A stretch of DNA of 63,674 bases, the filler included, from Sphacelaria rigidula (Eukaryota), in assembly GCA_964200075.2 (NCBI GenBank). It is 8 parts of 8 records of this genome, joined end to end, with 100 filler letters (N's around TTAATTAATTAA, not from the genome) between each part and the next. Parts side by side here need not be neighbours in the genome. Positions count along the whole stretch, not along the records: positions 47,835 to 55,704 come from CAXNAA020013157.1; positions 55,805 to 63,674 come from CAXNAA020013158.1; 6 more parts are not named here. One strand, given 5' to 3'. Within the stretch, counting starts at the first letter, position 1. Each line of letters opens with the position of its first letter. Position numbers and translations under genes: made by a program. Below the pieces are notes generated by a model. The model was given only the letters and a program-made list of their open reading frames with translations. It was not told where the DNA came from and did no database searches. This document shows positions 47,904 through 60,739 of this stretch, piece by piece.

Positions 47904-49400
47904 ATCCAATTCCCCCCTTCATACGCCGCGAGCGTGGTACGAAAATGGTTCGCGAGCAAGACCGTGGAGTTATGATAAGTCAGTTCTGCATTGTGATCTA
48001 CAGACCGTCCCTAGTAAACGATGGTATCGGTGTCCTTGGAACCGAGAAGCTTGGCCAAAGTGTTTGCTTGACGGGACATCGCTTGTTGGTGTTTCAGTAC
48101 AGCCGACCAGTTGTGATCAGACGGGTACGGCGCGGGAACACGAGGGTACGTGGCCCCATACGGAGTCAGCCCATCCAGCCTGGATTGGGCTACCGGGATT
48201 ACACCATAGGGATTGAGAGATCCGTAGAACAGACTGCAGTAGAGACTAACCGGGTCTGGTGCGACCGTAAACCTCGAGCGGCGCTGCGGGGGCAGCGACG
48301 GTGGAGGTGGCAGCTGGGAATGAGTGAAATTTCCAGCGGACGGGGCTTGATGAGCCCCCTGAGGCACAGAGACTAGCATTGCCGGCTGAAGAGGCGGAGG
48401 AACAGACGACGGGACATGCTGAGGCATCGGGCCAAAGTGCCCTTGCTGTTGCTGTTGCAGAACCTGCTGATGAGGATGTGCGGCCACCTGTTGCTGCGGA
48501 AGCGGTCCAACAGCCTTCTGCTCAGGGGGTACGGCAGCCTGCTGTTGCTGAACAGGTCCAACAAATTGTTGCTGAGGAGGTGCGACAGCCTGCTGTTGCT
48601 AAACAGGTCCAATAAACTGTTGCTGAGGGGGTGCGACAGCCTGTTGCTGCTGAACAGGTCCAACAAACTGTTGCTGCTGCTGGGGGGCTTGCACTGGAGG
48701 CTGTTGACTCGACCCGGATGGGTAGAAGGGTTGGGCTTGCGGGTTCAAGGGGTTTCCGCTCATCCTTTTCGCCGAATATTCGAGTTGGCTATACGGTACT
48801 TGGAACGACCACCTGCACACATATTCCACATGGGTATAATAACACCAGTCAAACGTACTTCATAACGTTAACACAGTACCTCACCTCCATCGTGGGCGCA
48901 CTGAGTGGAATGGAGTTGAAAACATCCTCAACTCATCAACAGTGAGGGGACGCGATTTGATACAACGGACAGCATCACTTTTTCATCATGATACGAAAGT
49001 GGACAACAGAAAAGGAAGGCAAACAGGGGAAGAACAGGAGTTTGATCGAGCAATGACAGGTTCTTGTGAGCCTTTTGGCCCAGGGTTTCCTTTGTGGGGA
49101 ATAATGAAGGGTATTCCCTTAGGCCTCGGCCTCCTGTCAACCTGTAAGGGCACGCGAGGGGAATATGGCTCCCATAAACCTGTTCGAACGAGCTCGGTCT
49201 TGCTATGTTGGGTCTTCGTCATCCTTGGTTTCCCTGTATGTCATTATTTCCTGCCCTCTTGTGTGCCCATTATATAATGCACGTATACCCCGAACTCACG
49301 CGAATTCCTCAATTCATTCACACTTTATCTGGCCTGCATGCTAGCATAGTGAATAATGTACACAATTATTACTTTCGTTGTTCAGTACCAGCCAACGGCC
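47904..49400 (-). mobile_element. 5' end of a Copia-type element: putative LTR (~49181-49400), half-tRNA-iMet-type PBS (49166-49180) and interrupted Gln/Pro-rich first ORF (ATG 48763)
   Basis: Minus strand reads TTCGAACA|GGTTTATGGGAGCCA, resembling the copia/Ty5-type AACA-GGTTATGGGCCCAG PBS. One reading frame runs 48763 to 47904 with only two TAG stops (48599-48601, 48011-48013) and is cut by a SINE. Confidence 0.5.
48486..48680 (-). repeat. 51-bp (17-aa) tandem repeat, ~4 copies, QQQAVAPPQQQFVGPVQ
   Basis: GCCTG.TG.TGCT.AACAGGTCCAA.AAA.TGTTGCTGAGG.GGTGCGACA units on the + strand. Confidence 0.92.
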
Positions 49401-52400
49401 CTGTCAGTTTCTTCTCGATATATATTTCGGCAAAAGAATGCGTGGAGCCCGTAGACCCTCAAGACCAGAAGCCCTGTCCAGAAGAACCCGATGGTGGTCA
49501 AAACATGCCCGAATAGACGATCAACTCTTGTAGTTAGTTGTCGGCGTGTGCAGAGTAGACAGACAACGGGAGTCGGGGTTAATGTCCGTCGGGTAGTACT
49601 GTGCAGATCTCTTGGCTTGCAACACTCTCAGTAGTTGCCCAATCGCGGCAGTGTTGAGGTGATCATCGCAGCCATGGGTGGAAAACTTCAGTTATCCATG
49701 ACTGATGGTTGATAATCCGCCGCCCGGGTATCGTTGAAATAGTATTGCGGAAGAGAAAACAATATTATGGTCAGTGCTGGAGTACACTTGGATACGATCC
49801 TTTCCTGTATTTAAAGTCGTGAACTAACTACAATGCACCGTTGGGTCTGGTCTATTCAACATCAGAGAAATACACCCCACAGCCTTGAGCTATCCTGGTA
49901 GTGAGAACCACGTTGAGATTACTTCCATTTCCATGGCAATAAACATTCCAACTATCAATGCCTGCCCCCCCTGACCAGGGGGTAGAGTAAATGCCTCATT
50001 TATGGTAACATGCGAAATAAGTGATCCACTGGAGATTCACTGTAGACGCAGACATTCCACACTACTGCGTGAAATTGATGCCCATTCAACAGATGATCTA
50101 CTCCCGTTGTCTAAAGGTTAACCGCAATCCCTCTCAACATCAAACTCAACACCGGGAGCATTCTGAAACTGCATGTTCATGACCGATAACGACACGCAGT
50201 GGCGTTGTGACTGCATGTAATGATTTGAAATAACAGCACATTCTAAGCGTAGCTGGTTTCAGTGAACGAACCGGAACATCACGACCTGGCTGCCGGCTCT
50301 GACACAGTGCTTGCGTCGTGAAGCTAATCGCATGCAGTGATACAAAACCACCGTACACTTCAATATCGCTCGATCACTCAATTATCATGGGTCTGCTCGG
50401 TGCGGTGAATGCACATGATCAGTTTCTCCGAACTCTGTTAATTGCCCCGCATCGTGTGTGCGAATCGATCAATAATACAGTACCACCTAGTACCGCTAAG
50501 ATCTGAAAGGACCTTTTTTTGCTCTTCCTTGAAAAGCACACTACATGTGCATTACTAAAGTGAACACAGAGTCAGGGAGTTCAGCGATATACTCGTACTG
50601 GGTTGTGAACAGTCAATACAGTCATCATGTACCGACCTTCTTGTAAGAGCAGTCCCAACTCAATCAAACGGTCGCCTGTAGAGGGTTTAATTTAGCATCA
50701 CGACACAATTTTGGGATAATTGACCATCCATATGTCGGGATACCCCGCTTTCAACAATCCTAGGGTTGCCTGTTTCACCGGTAGACTATCGTAACGGTAA
50801 CATGATGGCTGAAGGCAACATAACATTGCCCTTTGCAACTGCATCACTCAGCAATAACAGAGCGCACAGCAGCTGTTGCGTAAATGGTCCCACAACCGGT
50901 GTAACGGAATGAAGATCCTCAAAATCTTTCCTTGATCCTGTTGAATCAACCATCATTAATACATCCGGCTCTTTCTAGAAAAAGTATCAATCTGGATTAC
51001 TCGGAGCGAAGAGAGGCGCGAGTCCCAAAAAGGTGTTACCACAGCTGTAGCCTGGTGCGCAATGCACACAGATCGGTGTTCATTACACGCTAAATCCACA
51101 GCCCAGATCAGAAGTCGCTTGAGTTGTGAATACACCCATCATGGCTCCATGTTCCTCACTCTATCGCAGTCAGAGAATTGATAACATCCGAGGTAGCACT
51201 GGCACGCTGCGTTGTATTGCATATTTAATCGACGTTTCACCGTAGTGACAGCTCACGAATTTGAATCTAACCCCCAGGTAGCTTGCGCCAAGCGTCATTC
51301 TAACGGTATCGCGTAACCGCGACATGAATGCAAGCGAGTAGCACGATGCTATGAGCATTAGTCCTCATTATCTTTTCTTCCATCAGCTACAGCTTGTTAC
51401 GGCTGAACAAAGTTGACTAATCACGTCGCCAGGTTCCTAAACACATGAACTCGAGCGCTGGCGGTCAATCTCATGATCAAATGCGTGCCTAAAAGTCTTT
51501 CACCTGTGTTTGTGAGGTGCAGGTCAACTTGATCGGCTGACTTGTACAGCAGGGATGCGCACATCCTATATCCGCTGAGCGGTATAGAAGTTACGCTTCA
51601 GGTGTTTTACCTCACTGCAAACGGACGGTGTACTACCACACCTGTGCGTTGTGTGCAGCAAGCCTACAGCCGTTTCATAGCGCGGTGGGGAGACGATGTC
51701 AGCATGTAGCAATATCGTGCTTGACCTAATTTTTATGCACCTACGCAGGTGACTAATCACACGAGAAATTGCCCTTCACATGCCGTTTTACTGTAACATA
51801 GATAGACACATAAAGCCCAGCGGTAAACAATGATCGCCATTTTAACGCTGTAGACACACATCTTCAGTGGCGCCGGATAAACCCAGTGGGCATTGACTTA
51901 AAGTGCATACGCGATCGCCTGCTGACCAGGTTGAGTTACTTTTACATCCCCAGGTAACACCTCAGTTTACTTTTGGTCCACGACCTCGAAGAGAAAAACA
52001 TAACGTAGTTTTTCGGACGAGTCTGGATTTTAAATCAAATGGCCCACCATTATATTGTTAGCTGTATGGGTATGAGCCCTTTGACTCACGTATGTGGCGG
52101 TGTTTTATGTTCTCCAGTCATTTTACATGTACGCACTCATAATTCAACCTCCCGCCTGGGCAGCTGACTCATCTTGAAGCTCTTCCCAAAATTATACCTT
52201 GTAGCATTTGTCCAGACTACCTTTTTTGCTCGATTGAGCGCATCTCTACGCATGATCGTGTCATGATGGCTCTGTTTTATTGACGTTCGCTCCGGTTTTA
52301 GTTTCGTACGCGTTCTGCATTAGAAACATAACTTTTGCAAATGAGTACAGATGGGGATCACCCGATTCAGACGTGCTCATACTAATTTGTGTAAAATGTG

Positions 52401-53400
52401 TGTTGTTGATCAACATCTCGCTGTTTCTCCCCAAAATTAGTCCGCTCTCCGGAGTGGGTTGATTGTCCCCACCCTGACCACATGCGTTTCCGCATTTTGA
52501 TTACCTCTGCACTGGCGCCAAACATGGGGGTGTCTCTCCCAGCGAACATCATGATAGTTGGTTACTTTCCTGTCAAGTTATGTCCTTGCTATCACCAATC
52601 TAGCATGGTGATGCAGACGAGGTTGTACCATGTATTCGTGTTTAATACTTCAAAGTATATAAAGAAAATCGAATTCCTGAGCCGTTGCTACACATCTCCT
52701 CCTGCAGAATGGTACCTTCCTGAAGGACCCACAGATGATATAGTGCGACACAATAGTCCCGGTTGGAAGCACCATGATACAAAAAGAATAGTGTGGGCCA
52801 GTTGTGTTGTCGTAGTGCGTGCTTCTATTGGGTAAGCCGAGTACTCGAGCGAAGCAACAACAGAATTTCTGTCATCCAAGCTACGAAGTTTCATCCACTC
52901 ATGTATATACATCTTACCCTTACTATATAATTCCACTTTTCACCATTCTGAGTGTGCACTGATTCATTTTTACTATCATGTCGACCTTCATGCATCTGCT
53001 CGTTGTCTAAATCAACCTCGCTACAGTCTCGTCGTTATGTCTGAAACAAGAGCAAGCTCATGGCACGTGGGAAAGTCCAACGCAGAACGATACACGACGA
53101 ACGTCACGATATCTCGATCACAGCTTCAGGTCGATTCGGTTTCTCTTTTCCCACTTGGTGGGGTTTAACTTGGCACTTCCAAGAAGTGAGCCCCAGGGTG
53201 CTGGTCGAGTCGATCCTTGTAAAGAACCGGATCCAACCAGATGTAAAGAGGCATGTTTATGCATGCCGTCTTTTGACGGATTACACCGCCTTCCCCCCTG
53301 ATCACGGTATTATCCAGTTCGCGCAATCAGCCCTCCGGGCGTAGTGTCGTTTTGAAACCGACGGCCCACCATCGTACTATCTCCATCCACCACGCCACGC
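49400..53400 (-). mobile_element. Very old, heavily decayed retroelement (Gypsy-like pol traces)
   Basis: Scattered minus-strand traces in PR-RT-RH order: GLILGRN (~52435), HFKSMP/LGLSGA (~51890), RIQVYS-TDH (~49780). No long ORF. Confidence 0.35.
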
Positions 53401-54379
53401 CGCGATCCGTAACAGTAGGACCGAGGGAAAAATTGTCTCAAACATCAGGTGCTCGCGGGCGTGGTGTCATTCGTGCTGATCTTGTTTCTTTAAATAAATG
53501 ACAAGATCTGTTTCCTGAACCCAGCTATCTTCTTTCTTAGCAACAATAAATTCCAAGATCAGGTTTCTGAAACCAATTATCATCTCGATTCGCTGTATGA
53601 CCATTTCTTCGATTAAGAAATTAATTATGCTGCTGAATTGAGGGAGGGTACCACCGTGGAGCGAGAAACATAAGTGGGCGCTTCCTCACACTCTACAGCA
53701 AATAGCTTGTTGTTGTCTGGAATATCAATCATGCGGTTTGCTCATTTTTAAGGTCGATGGCGATGCCAGTCTCAAGCCATGTGGCTTCTAAGTTCGTTGC
53801 ACGAACGGATGCCAATATTGATCAAGATGTCGTGTATCTCCAGAGCTCTACATATCAGTGACCGTCGCAGTGCATATTATACAGTTATCACACAATTAAG
53901 GGTAGATAGAGGAGAATGGTTATTCCATCGAGTTGAGGAGAGGTCTTGTTGATGTGTTACAACACACATTCTTCCTGGGATGATCCGTTCTTCAGGCTGT
54001 AGTGCATGAACATCGGCTATCCTCTTTTACGAATACACGCATGGAAGAGGAGAGGAGTCGATCGAGGAATATGTTGCTGCTGCGTACGTCGCCTGCCTCG
54101 GTGCAGTTGCTGCTCTTGGAGTTTAAGGCTGTCCAGTTTTTTCCGGTTCATTCGGGATGTGTGATATAGATGGAGTAAGCGAATGTATTACCTGGAGTCT
54201 CTCAGTAGGAGTACCAGGGGATACCATGGTTCCAGCTAAAACAAGCTCCCACGAGGGCACACCGCACAGACCTTAGCCCCTCCATAATGCATTCATGCAG
54301 TAAGCTCTCGTTGCGTAAACTGCTGGAAGACTAGAGACCCATGTGTTGATAGCATATATTATACCTAACAGTAGCTATC

Positions 54380-54880
54380 TAACTCAGTATAGTCGGGGCG
54401 CAGCTAAAGGAGCAGAGCGTGGCGATGGTGCCAGGGTACCAGGAGTAATCAGGCAAGCGAGCAAGGCAAGCCAACAAGTGACAAGGTGTTGGGGTGTCTT
54501 CGAGGCAAGTTACAGTCACGCCCGATTATTTTGTCACAATAATGACAAGGACAAACGCGATACAACGCGTCGCGGAACCCAGGGTCTACGAGCAGACCAG
54601 CACATCCTCATATCTTGCAACGCCCCTGAGCCTAATCGCCGATGTGTATCCATCCGGTTCTGCCGCTTGATAGTGCTACTCCTCCCTAACTGGTAGCTTT
54701 ACCTACCACCCCGCCTCCTCTTCTCCCTCATTTGTGTCCTCCACTCTTTTTCTACTTTTCCACATCCTTCGTCTGTCCCGCCTTCTTCCCTTATTATAGC
54801 TTATCGAGTAGCATAGTTCATGTCATTCCTCTTTCCATCCTTTTGCTCTTCCTTGTAACTATATCGTGTCTCATGGCGTG
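54380..54880 (+). mobile_element. Possible decayed RTE-like LINE 3' end with pyrimidine-rich UTR
   Basis: ASQQVTRCWGVFEASY..FCHNNDKDKRDTTRR resembles an RTE C-terminus; a CT-rich tail follows. Confidence 0.3.
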
Positions 54881-54893
54881 TGTAAGCCCAAAA

Positions 54894-55010
54894 TAGCCTG
54901 GATTCGTTTTTGAGGTTCAACATTTAGTTGAGCTTCAACGGATCATCGAAATTTCATTTATTTTGTTTGAAAGGCTCGGGATTCGCAACCGGTTTCGACC
55001 GTGTGCCCCT
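54894..55010. repeat. Second copy of the AGCCTGGATTCG repeat
   Basis: Matches 7433-7550. Confidence 0.85.
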
Positions 55011-55704
55011 ATCCCAGAAGTTTCTGCACGGCAGCGAAAGCATGATGATGAGCAGTCCAGCAAAAAAAACGCCGCCATTGATTGTCCTGCATCTTTAGAG
55101 CAACCCCTGCGTCTAACCGCTACGGAACAGGTAACAAAGCATGCTGAAAACACACTTCTTTGGAATAGTCATCGAGTTTTCGAGCGCATCTTGTTGAGTA
55201 TCTGAAAGAGACTTTATACTGTTGCGCCGGCGACGACCGCCCTCAGCGAAATGATCCAATGCGGGGACAGACGCCAGCGATCTTTGAAACGCAGCATCAT
55301 TCAGCAGTCTGCTGAGATATACCATCACCAGTGTACAGCATCACTACAGTACAGTCGATAAAATGGATGCGCCACAATAAAGCTGTAGACACATACGACG
55401 GGGGTAAGGGTTAGTCCCACGCTTGGGGTTGTTTCGCCAGTAGTGCAAATGCGAGGCGCTTCATCCAGTCTGAACCAGCTACCACGCCTTGTATGGCCAC
55501 CTCCGCCGTGGCTCAATTGAGAACCGGTTTCGCGATGAGGCTGTCGAACAATACTACTGTAGTGCAACGCGCTTGCGACATCCGAGCTGTTTCGTTTAAT
55601 TTAGAACCCGCATCAGCTGTAGTCCTCCTGACGGTTCCAACCGGGGTCTGATCCAGGGGCGGAAAGCGATGGCACCTTCCCCCTCAGATAGGATTTGTGA
55701 CCAC

Positions 55705-55804
55705 NNNNNNNNNNNNNNNNNNNNNNNNNNNNNNNNNNNNNNNNNNNNTTAATTAATTAANNNNNNNNNNNNNNNNNNNNNNNNNNNNNNNNNNNNNNNN
55801 NNNN
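55705..55804. other. Artificial contig spacer
   Basis: N44-TTAATTAATTAA-N44. Confidence 0.99.
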
Positions 55805-56443
55805 CACGCAAGGCACGTGCAGGGGGGGGGAGGGGGGGGCTCTCGCCGACAGATGCTGTATGTACGTTACGGGGTAGACTGCACTGCATTACTTCGTTGT
55901 GTCCTCAAATCTTGTAATCATGTTGAGTCGTGGCGAGAAAGCGAGGAACCGTGTAGGCATTTCCCTTGCCGGAAAAGTGCCGTCAAAGAAGGGCGCACGG
56001 ATTGCCTGCATATACCTTTTTTTCTCACTCCGCGGTGGTGTTCATCTCCAAAGCTCATCATCGAACCCCCGGACACTTACGTGCTAGTCGCAAAAGTTGG
56101 GAACACCCATCCCGCCGGGGTGATGCGGAGTGCCAACGAGGTGTGGTGGCGACATAAACTTCTTCGCGAGCCACGACCGTGTGGAAGTCGTCAGAGTGGG
56201 AGAAACTGGCCCTAAAAAGTGCTGGCGACAGCAACTGCCCCGAGGCCGCTTACATGTGGATACAAACACATACACACGCATATGCATACCCGACCCCTGG
56301 CAACAGTTGAAGTGATGTCCGAAAGAGCAGGCGTATGGACTCTTCCTGCAGCCGCCTGTCGCTTCGGACCGTAATGTAGTGTATAGCATCATGGTTGTGT
56401 CATACGGCGCACGTCACACTTGAGCGCAGTCAGCAATGCGGTA

Positions 56444-57298
56444 CGAGCTGGGCCGGCCTAGAGGCGTATGTGAAATTCATAGGCCCGTGCTCCCGCCAAT
56501 ACTTAGAGTTGGACCCTGAAATTTGGTATGAACAATGGATAGGGCGTGAAAACAAGTATTACATCGGCACCAAAATACTTTATTGTTTGCTTTCATGAGT
56601 GAAGGGCATTTTACTGACACCTGAAAACTGATTTTCTGCCCTTACCTCATCAAATAAAAACTAAAATTGGTGAGGATGTAATTGTTTTTCATGCCCAATG
56701 CATTGTCCATGCCAAATTTCAAGGTCCAACCCTACAACATTGGCGGGAGCATGGGCCTTCAAAAAGCCAGGTCGGTGGAAATTCGGAACAGTATTTCGCA
56801 TGCCACTCACTGGCCTCTGTTCGATTTTCGTGTATCAAACTTTTGGTTGGGCACTCTCCAAGTGCATAATTAAGAGAACAAAGTGGGTCAGGTTTTTTTT
56901 TTTCAGTTTTGATCACGGGTTTAGGGCGTTCCACTATAGTGAAGACCATTTATTCTCAAGAACGCCTCAACCTCTACGAAAAAAGAGAATGAAGGCCCAT
57001 CTTGTTCTTCATTCGGCACTTTTTTTGTGTTCTCCACACCAAAATTCGTCGCCATCCGCTGAATACATCGATCGGGAGTTTCATAGAGATTCTAGTATTG
57101 GCGCTATCCCCCTTAGGTACAGGAATTACTAGGCATGGGTTTAATCAACGAGAAAATATGGGTTCAAACGTTTGAGCAGACGGGCACCTTGCCCTTGACT
57201 AGACGACTGATACGATGTGAGAATCACGGCCCAACTCGTCTGTGTCGATGAGATACTTCTTTGAGAGCTCAAATCCCTTTTCAGGCTGGCCCAGCTCG
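56444..57298. mobile_element. MITE, 855 bp, 16-bp TIR and TA TSD (Tc1/mariner-type)
   Basis: TA|CGAGCTGGGCCGGCCT ... AGGCTGGCCCAGCTCG|TA. Internal inverted repeat ~56483-56552 vs ~56684-56757. Confidence 0.92.
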
Positions 57299-57392
57299 TA
57301 CAGCAGTCATATATATATCCCGCAATGTTTACGGTTGACCGTGTCATGATATCCTCCGACCTACTCTAGCACGCCACTCAGGCCGCTTCTCA

Positions 57393-57750
57393 CGAGCTCG
57401 GCTAGTCTAGAGGCGGATATGAACTTTGCAGGCCCATGCTCCCGCCAATATTTGGAGTTGACAATGAAAAGGGCATGAAAAATATGACTTCGGTACCAAA
57501 AGTGTTTTTTCTTCAGGAGTTGAAGGCATTTCACTGATAGCTAAAAAATGATTATTGCCCTGGACTGTTGAAAAAACTATTTTGACACTGAGGTATTTTT
57601 TTTCATATCCCATTCATTCGTTGTGCATACCAAATTTCAGGGTCCAACTCTAAATATTGGCGAGAGCATGGGCCTTCAGAAAACAGGATCGGTCGAAATT
57701 CGGAACAATATTCCGAAGGCCACTCACCGGCTGACGTTTGGTTTTCGTTT
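57393..57750. mobile_element. Truncated copy of the same MITE
   Basis: CGAGCTCGGCTAGTCTAGAGGCGG..GGCCCATGCTCCCGCCAATA plus the same internal hairpin. Confidence 0.8.
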
Positions 57751-60739
57751 ATTGAAATGTTGCGTGGGTGCTCTTCACTGAAAATCAACAGAACGATGCA
57801 GGTCACTTTTTTTTAATTGGCCGAGTTTGGCCAAACTGGCGGGGGTCGGCAGGCACAGATTTTTGACGCACAAATGTTTGTTCCGCGGCCACATTCGAAC
57901 CTCGGAGCCAAGCGAATCTGAAAATCAGACTAGGCTCCTCTCTGTGGGGTGATGCAAAGTGCCCGAGACGTGTGTTGGCGGTTTTCTCGGCTTGGGGGTC
58001 ATCAGGCGGGTCAAACGTCATGAAAGTGAACAATCCTTGGGCCAAAAATCTGTTTGCCATGACATCCGGCCTGAACAAAACAAACAGCAGGTTTTCACTG
58101 GAGTGGAGCACCCGTTTTTCAAACGAAAGTTTTGTCGATTCAACAGATTGATGCCCGTGAAAGGGCAACGGGTTCACACGCTGTTTTTTGTTCCGAAAAA
58201 TCACAACCAAAGGACAGCATACCGGACGCGTTGTGAGGGCTTCTGGGTCAGCTCAGATCGCGCGGCACTTTCGCCCGTGAACAAAACAAAACCTTGGTCT
58301 TGGTTTTTAGCAAGGATTCACACCTCTGTATAGATCGAGGTGTCGACCAGTTTGCAGGCACAATATTGCAGGCAGGTGCTACTAGGGGGTTTGATTTGAA
58401 ACCTGGCACGATACTCAAGTCTGATCGTCGGGATCGTGCTGCGAGTAGGAGTCAACCCCCAAGTTGTGCACCAATCAATCCCGAGCGATCGTTTATTATG
58501 TGAGAATAAACAGTCAAATACACAGGCACGCCACTGAGTTGTATCACCAGTTGAACCTACGGCAGGAACTAGGGTCATGAATGAACCCGATGTGATGGTA
58601 AGAGTACAGAGCACCCAGTAGAGAAAGTAACCGCCAGTTCGAGATAAAAAGCAAAGTATTTCTCGATACCCATCTGGACCGGGGCATCAAACACCATCTG
58701 CTGCTGTTCTTTCATCTTGCTGTCTTTGACTCTGATCAATGATTCCGAACCCTATTCAACCTCAGGTTAGGGTTAGTGTACTTGGTGTGTTTGGGAATGA
58801 GTGCTGACTAGATATATAGATAAAGAGAATAGTATGGGCGGACCCCCCCCCCCCTCAGAAGATGGATGGTGGCCAGAGACGGCGAAACAGAACGGGGATA
58901 AGATATGTAAAATGTTCTTGTTTAATGTATGGAAAAAACGTAGTGAGCTGCTGAAGGAACGTATGAGCGCCAGAATGTTGGAGATGTCTCTATTAGGAGT
59001 AGGAACGGTGCTCCGTCTCGAAAAAGATGCGTGGTCAATGGTCGAACGACTAAGGCAAGCAACAAACGAGTACGCTTCCCCCCCTACCCCCCTGAGAGGT
59101 CCAAACAAAAAAATGAGACATAATTGCGCGTTTTTGTTTTTTCATGCACCGTTGGAGATGTAGATTTGTTTTACTGCGTGGTATCGAGTTTTTTTCCCTC
59201 CCGCTTTACCGCACTTCGTGAAAAAGCAGTTTTTTTCGGGTCCGTTTATGGGCGCGTTCACATCGCGATGCCCGGGGGACATGTGATTCCGGGAACAAGT
59301 ACACATCGTGGTTTTGAGACCCCTGTCTGAGCGCTGATTCCAACCACCGCCCGTCCTCCGTATCCCGAACTGACTTTCTCATGTTCGTTGCCGCCGGCTG
59401 TCTCTACCTTGTCCACCGTTGATGTCGGTCGCAGCGTTCGACGTTCAATCAAATGAACAAGCCATTCCTCATCACGAAGCCCGGCCAGCAGAAGATCGTA
59501 TACCCTGAAATTCCCTTGCGGGGAAAGTACAGGGTATACAACACGCCTAGAGAGGCTGTGGACTCGATACCTCAAGAAATCCTTTATCAGCAATGTACTC
59601 GCATGGTCTCGGTCGCATCCAACAGACAACTCAGGCGCCCTGTGGAACCCGACAGGGAAGCCTGCCAGCCGGAAGCGGCCCTGTATTTGGAGGTCTCAGA
59701 CACGTGCCAATTCTACCATTTGGAATGGGATACGGGCGGGGAGGGAGTTGGGATGGGGATCAGGTCGAAAACACCGCACAATGGCGCCAGAGGCTCGTAC
59801 ATTACCGCTGCGCTAGGCGGCGCAGATGGTACGCAGCATGTTTTAATAGCAGTGTGCAAGAGAGTCGAGATAGGAAAGGGAGGCTCACCGCGAAGCAGCC
59901 TATTGCGGTCACTCCCGGGGATCTGGTCGTAGGTGGCCCGGGATTCGAGCAAAGGTGGCTGAGGGCCAGACGCGACACGGGTCGACAGGGGTTGGAGGAC
60001 GAGGTAGCCCCCGATGATGACCATGATGACTTGTGATACTGGAAGTGATGGCGATGGTGATGTTTGCAATAGCGACTAGTGATGACACTGGAGTCTCGAG
60101 TTGCAGTGGCGCAGTTGGAGAGTGAAAGCGATAGGTTCACATACAGGTCGGGATGCGAGCGCGAACGTACAGTTCCGGGCGGGGTCGAGATGCTGTCATG
60201 TAGGATGATGCGGTGTTACGATGGTGTGTATGGCGGGACCGTACGAAGCGATCTTGGGGTGGATATCCACGATCTCTCTTTCGACAGAGACATTGCCGCC
60301 CCATATATGCTCGAACCGGATTGGAAAGCTCGACGGGTATTTGCAGTGCGGTTGAGTTGTGCAGTAAATTATTCACGTTGTGCATCGGCCGTCAGTTCTT
60401 CAGGACAGGGGACGCACAATCATCCGCTCGGCTCATCACTGCGTTGGCAGTGATATCCCCCCACCACGTCCCTGACAGCACCTTACTGACCTTACTGACA
60501 GCAAGTTGACGCCCGAGATTTTTGTCTGGACACGAGCCTCGGGACAAACAATAGTGAAAACATCGTCGACAACCAAACAAACGTTGTTATGCTCCGTCGC
60601 CCGCAGCTAACCACGGGTGGGCGACATGTGTAACCACGGACGCACTTCCTACTCCTCCCAAAAAATGCACATCAGCAGCGTCGTGCGGTACTCCTCAGGG
60701 CTTTTTGTCACTCAACAGCTAGGGTCTTCAAACCTCATT

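Noticed and set aside
47909..47920. Polypurine tract (GAAGGGGGGAA, minus strand)
   Set aside because: It lies in the continuing reading frame (YEGGNW) of the Gln-rich ORF and no LTR follows.
53358..53371. Primer-binding site TGGTGGGCCGTCGG on the minus strand
   Set aside because: Not preceded by an LTR-type CA end, and no LTR pair was found.
55880..56340. LINE RT fragment (RNRVGISLAGKV resembles NYRGISL..AGKV)
   Set aside because: Only one short motif, with no supporting downstream RT motifs.
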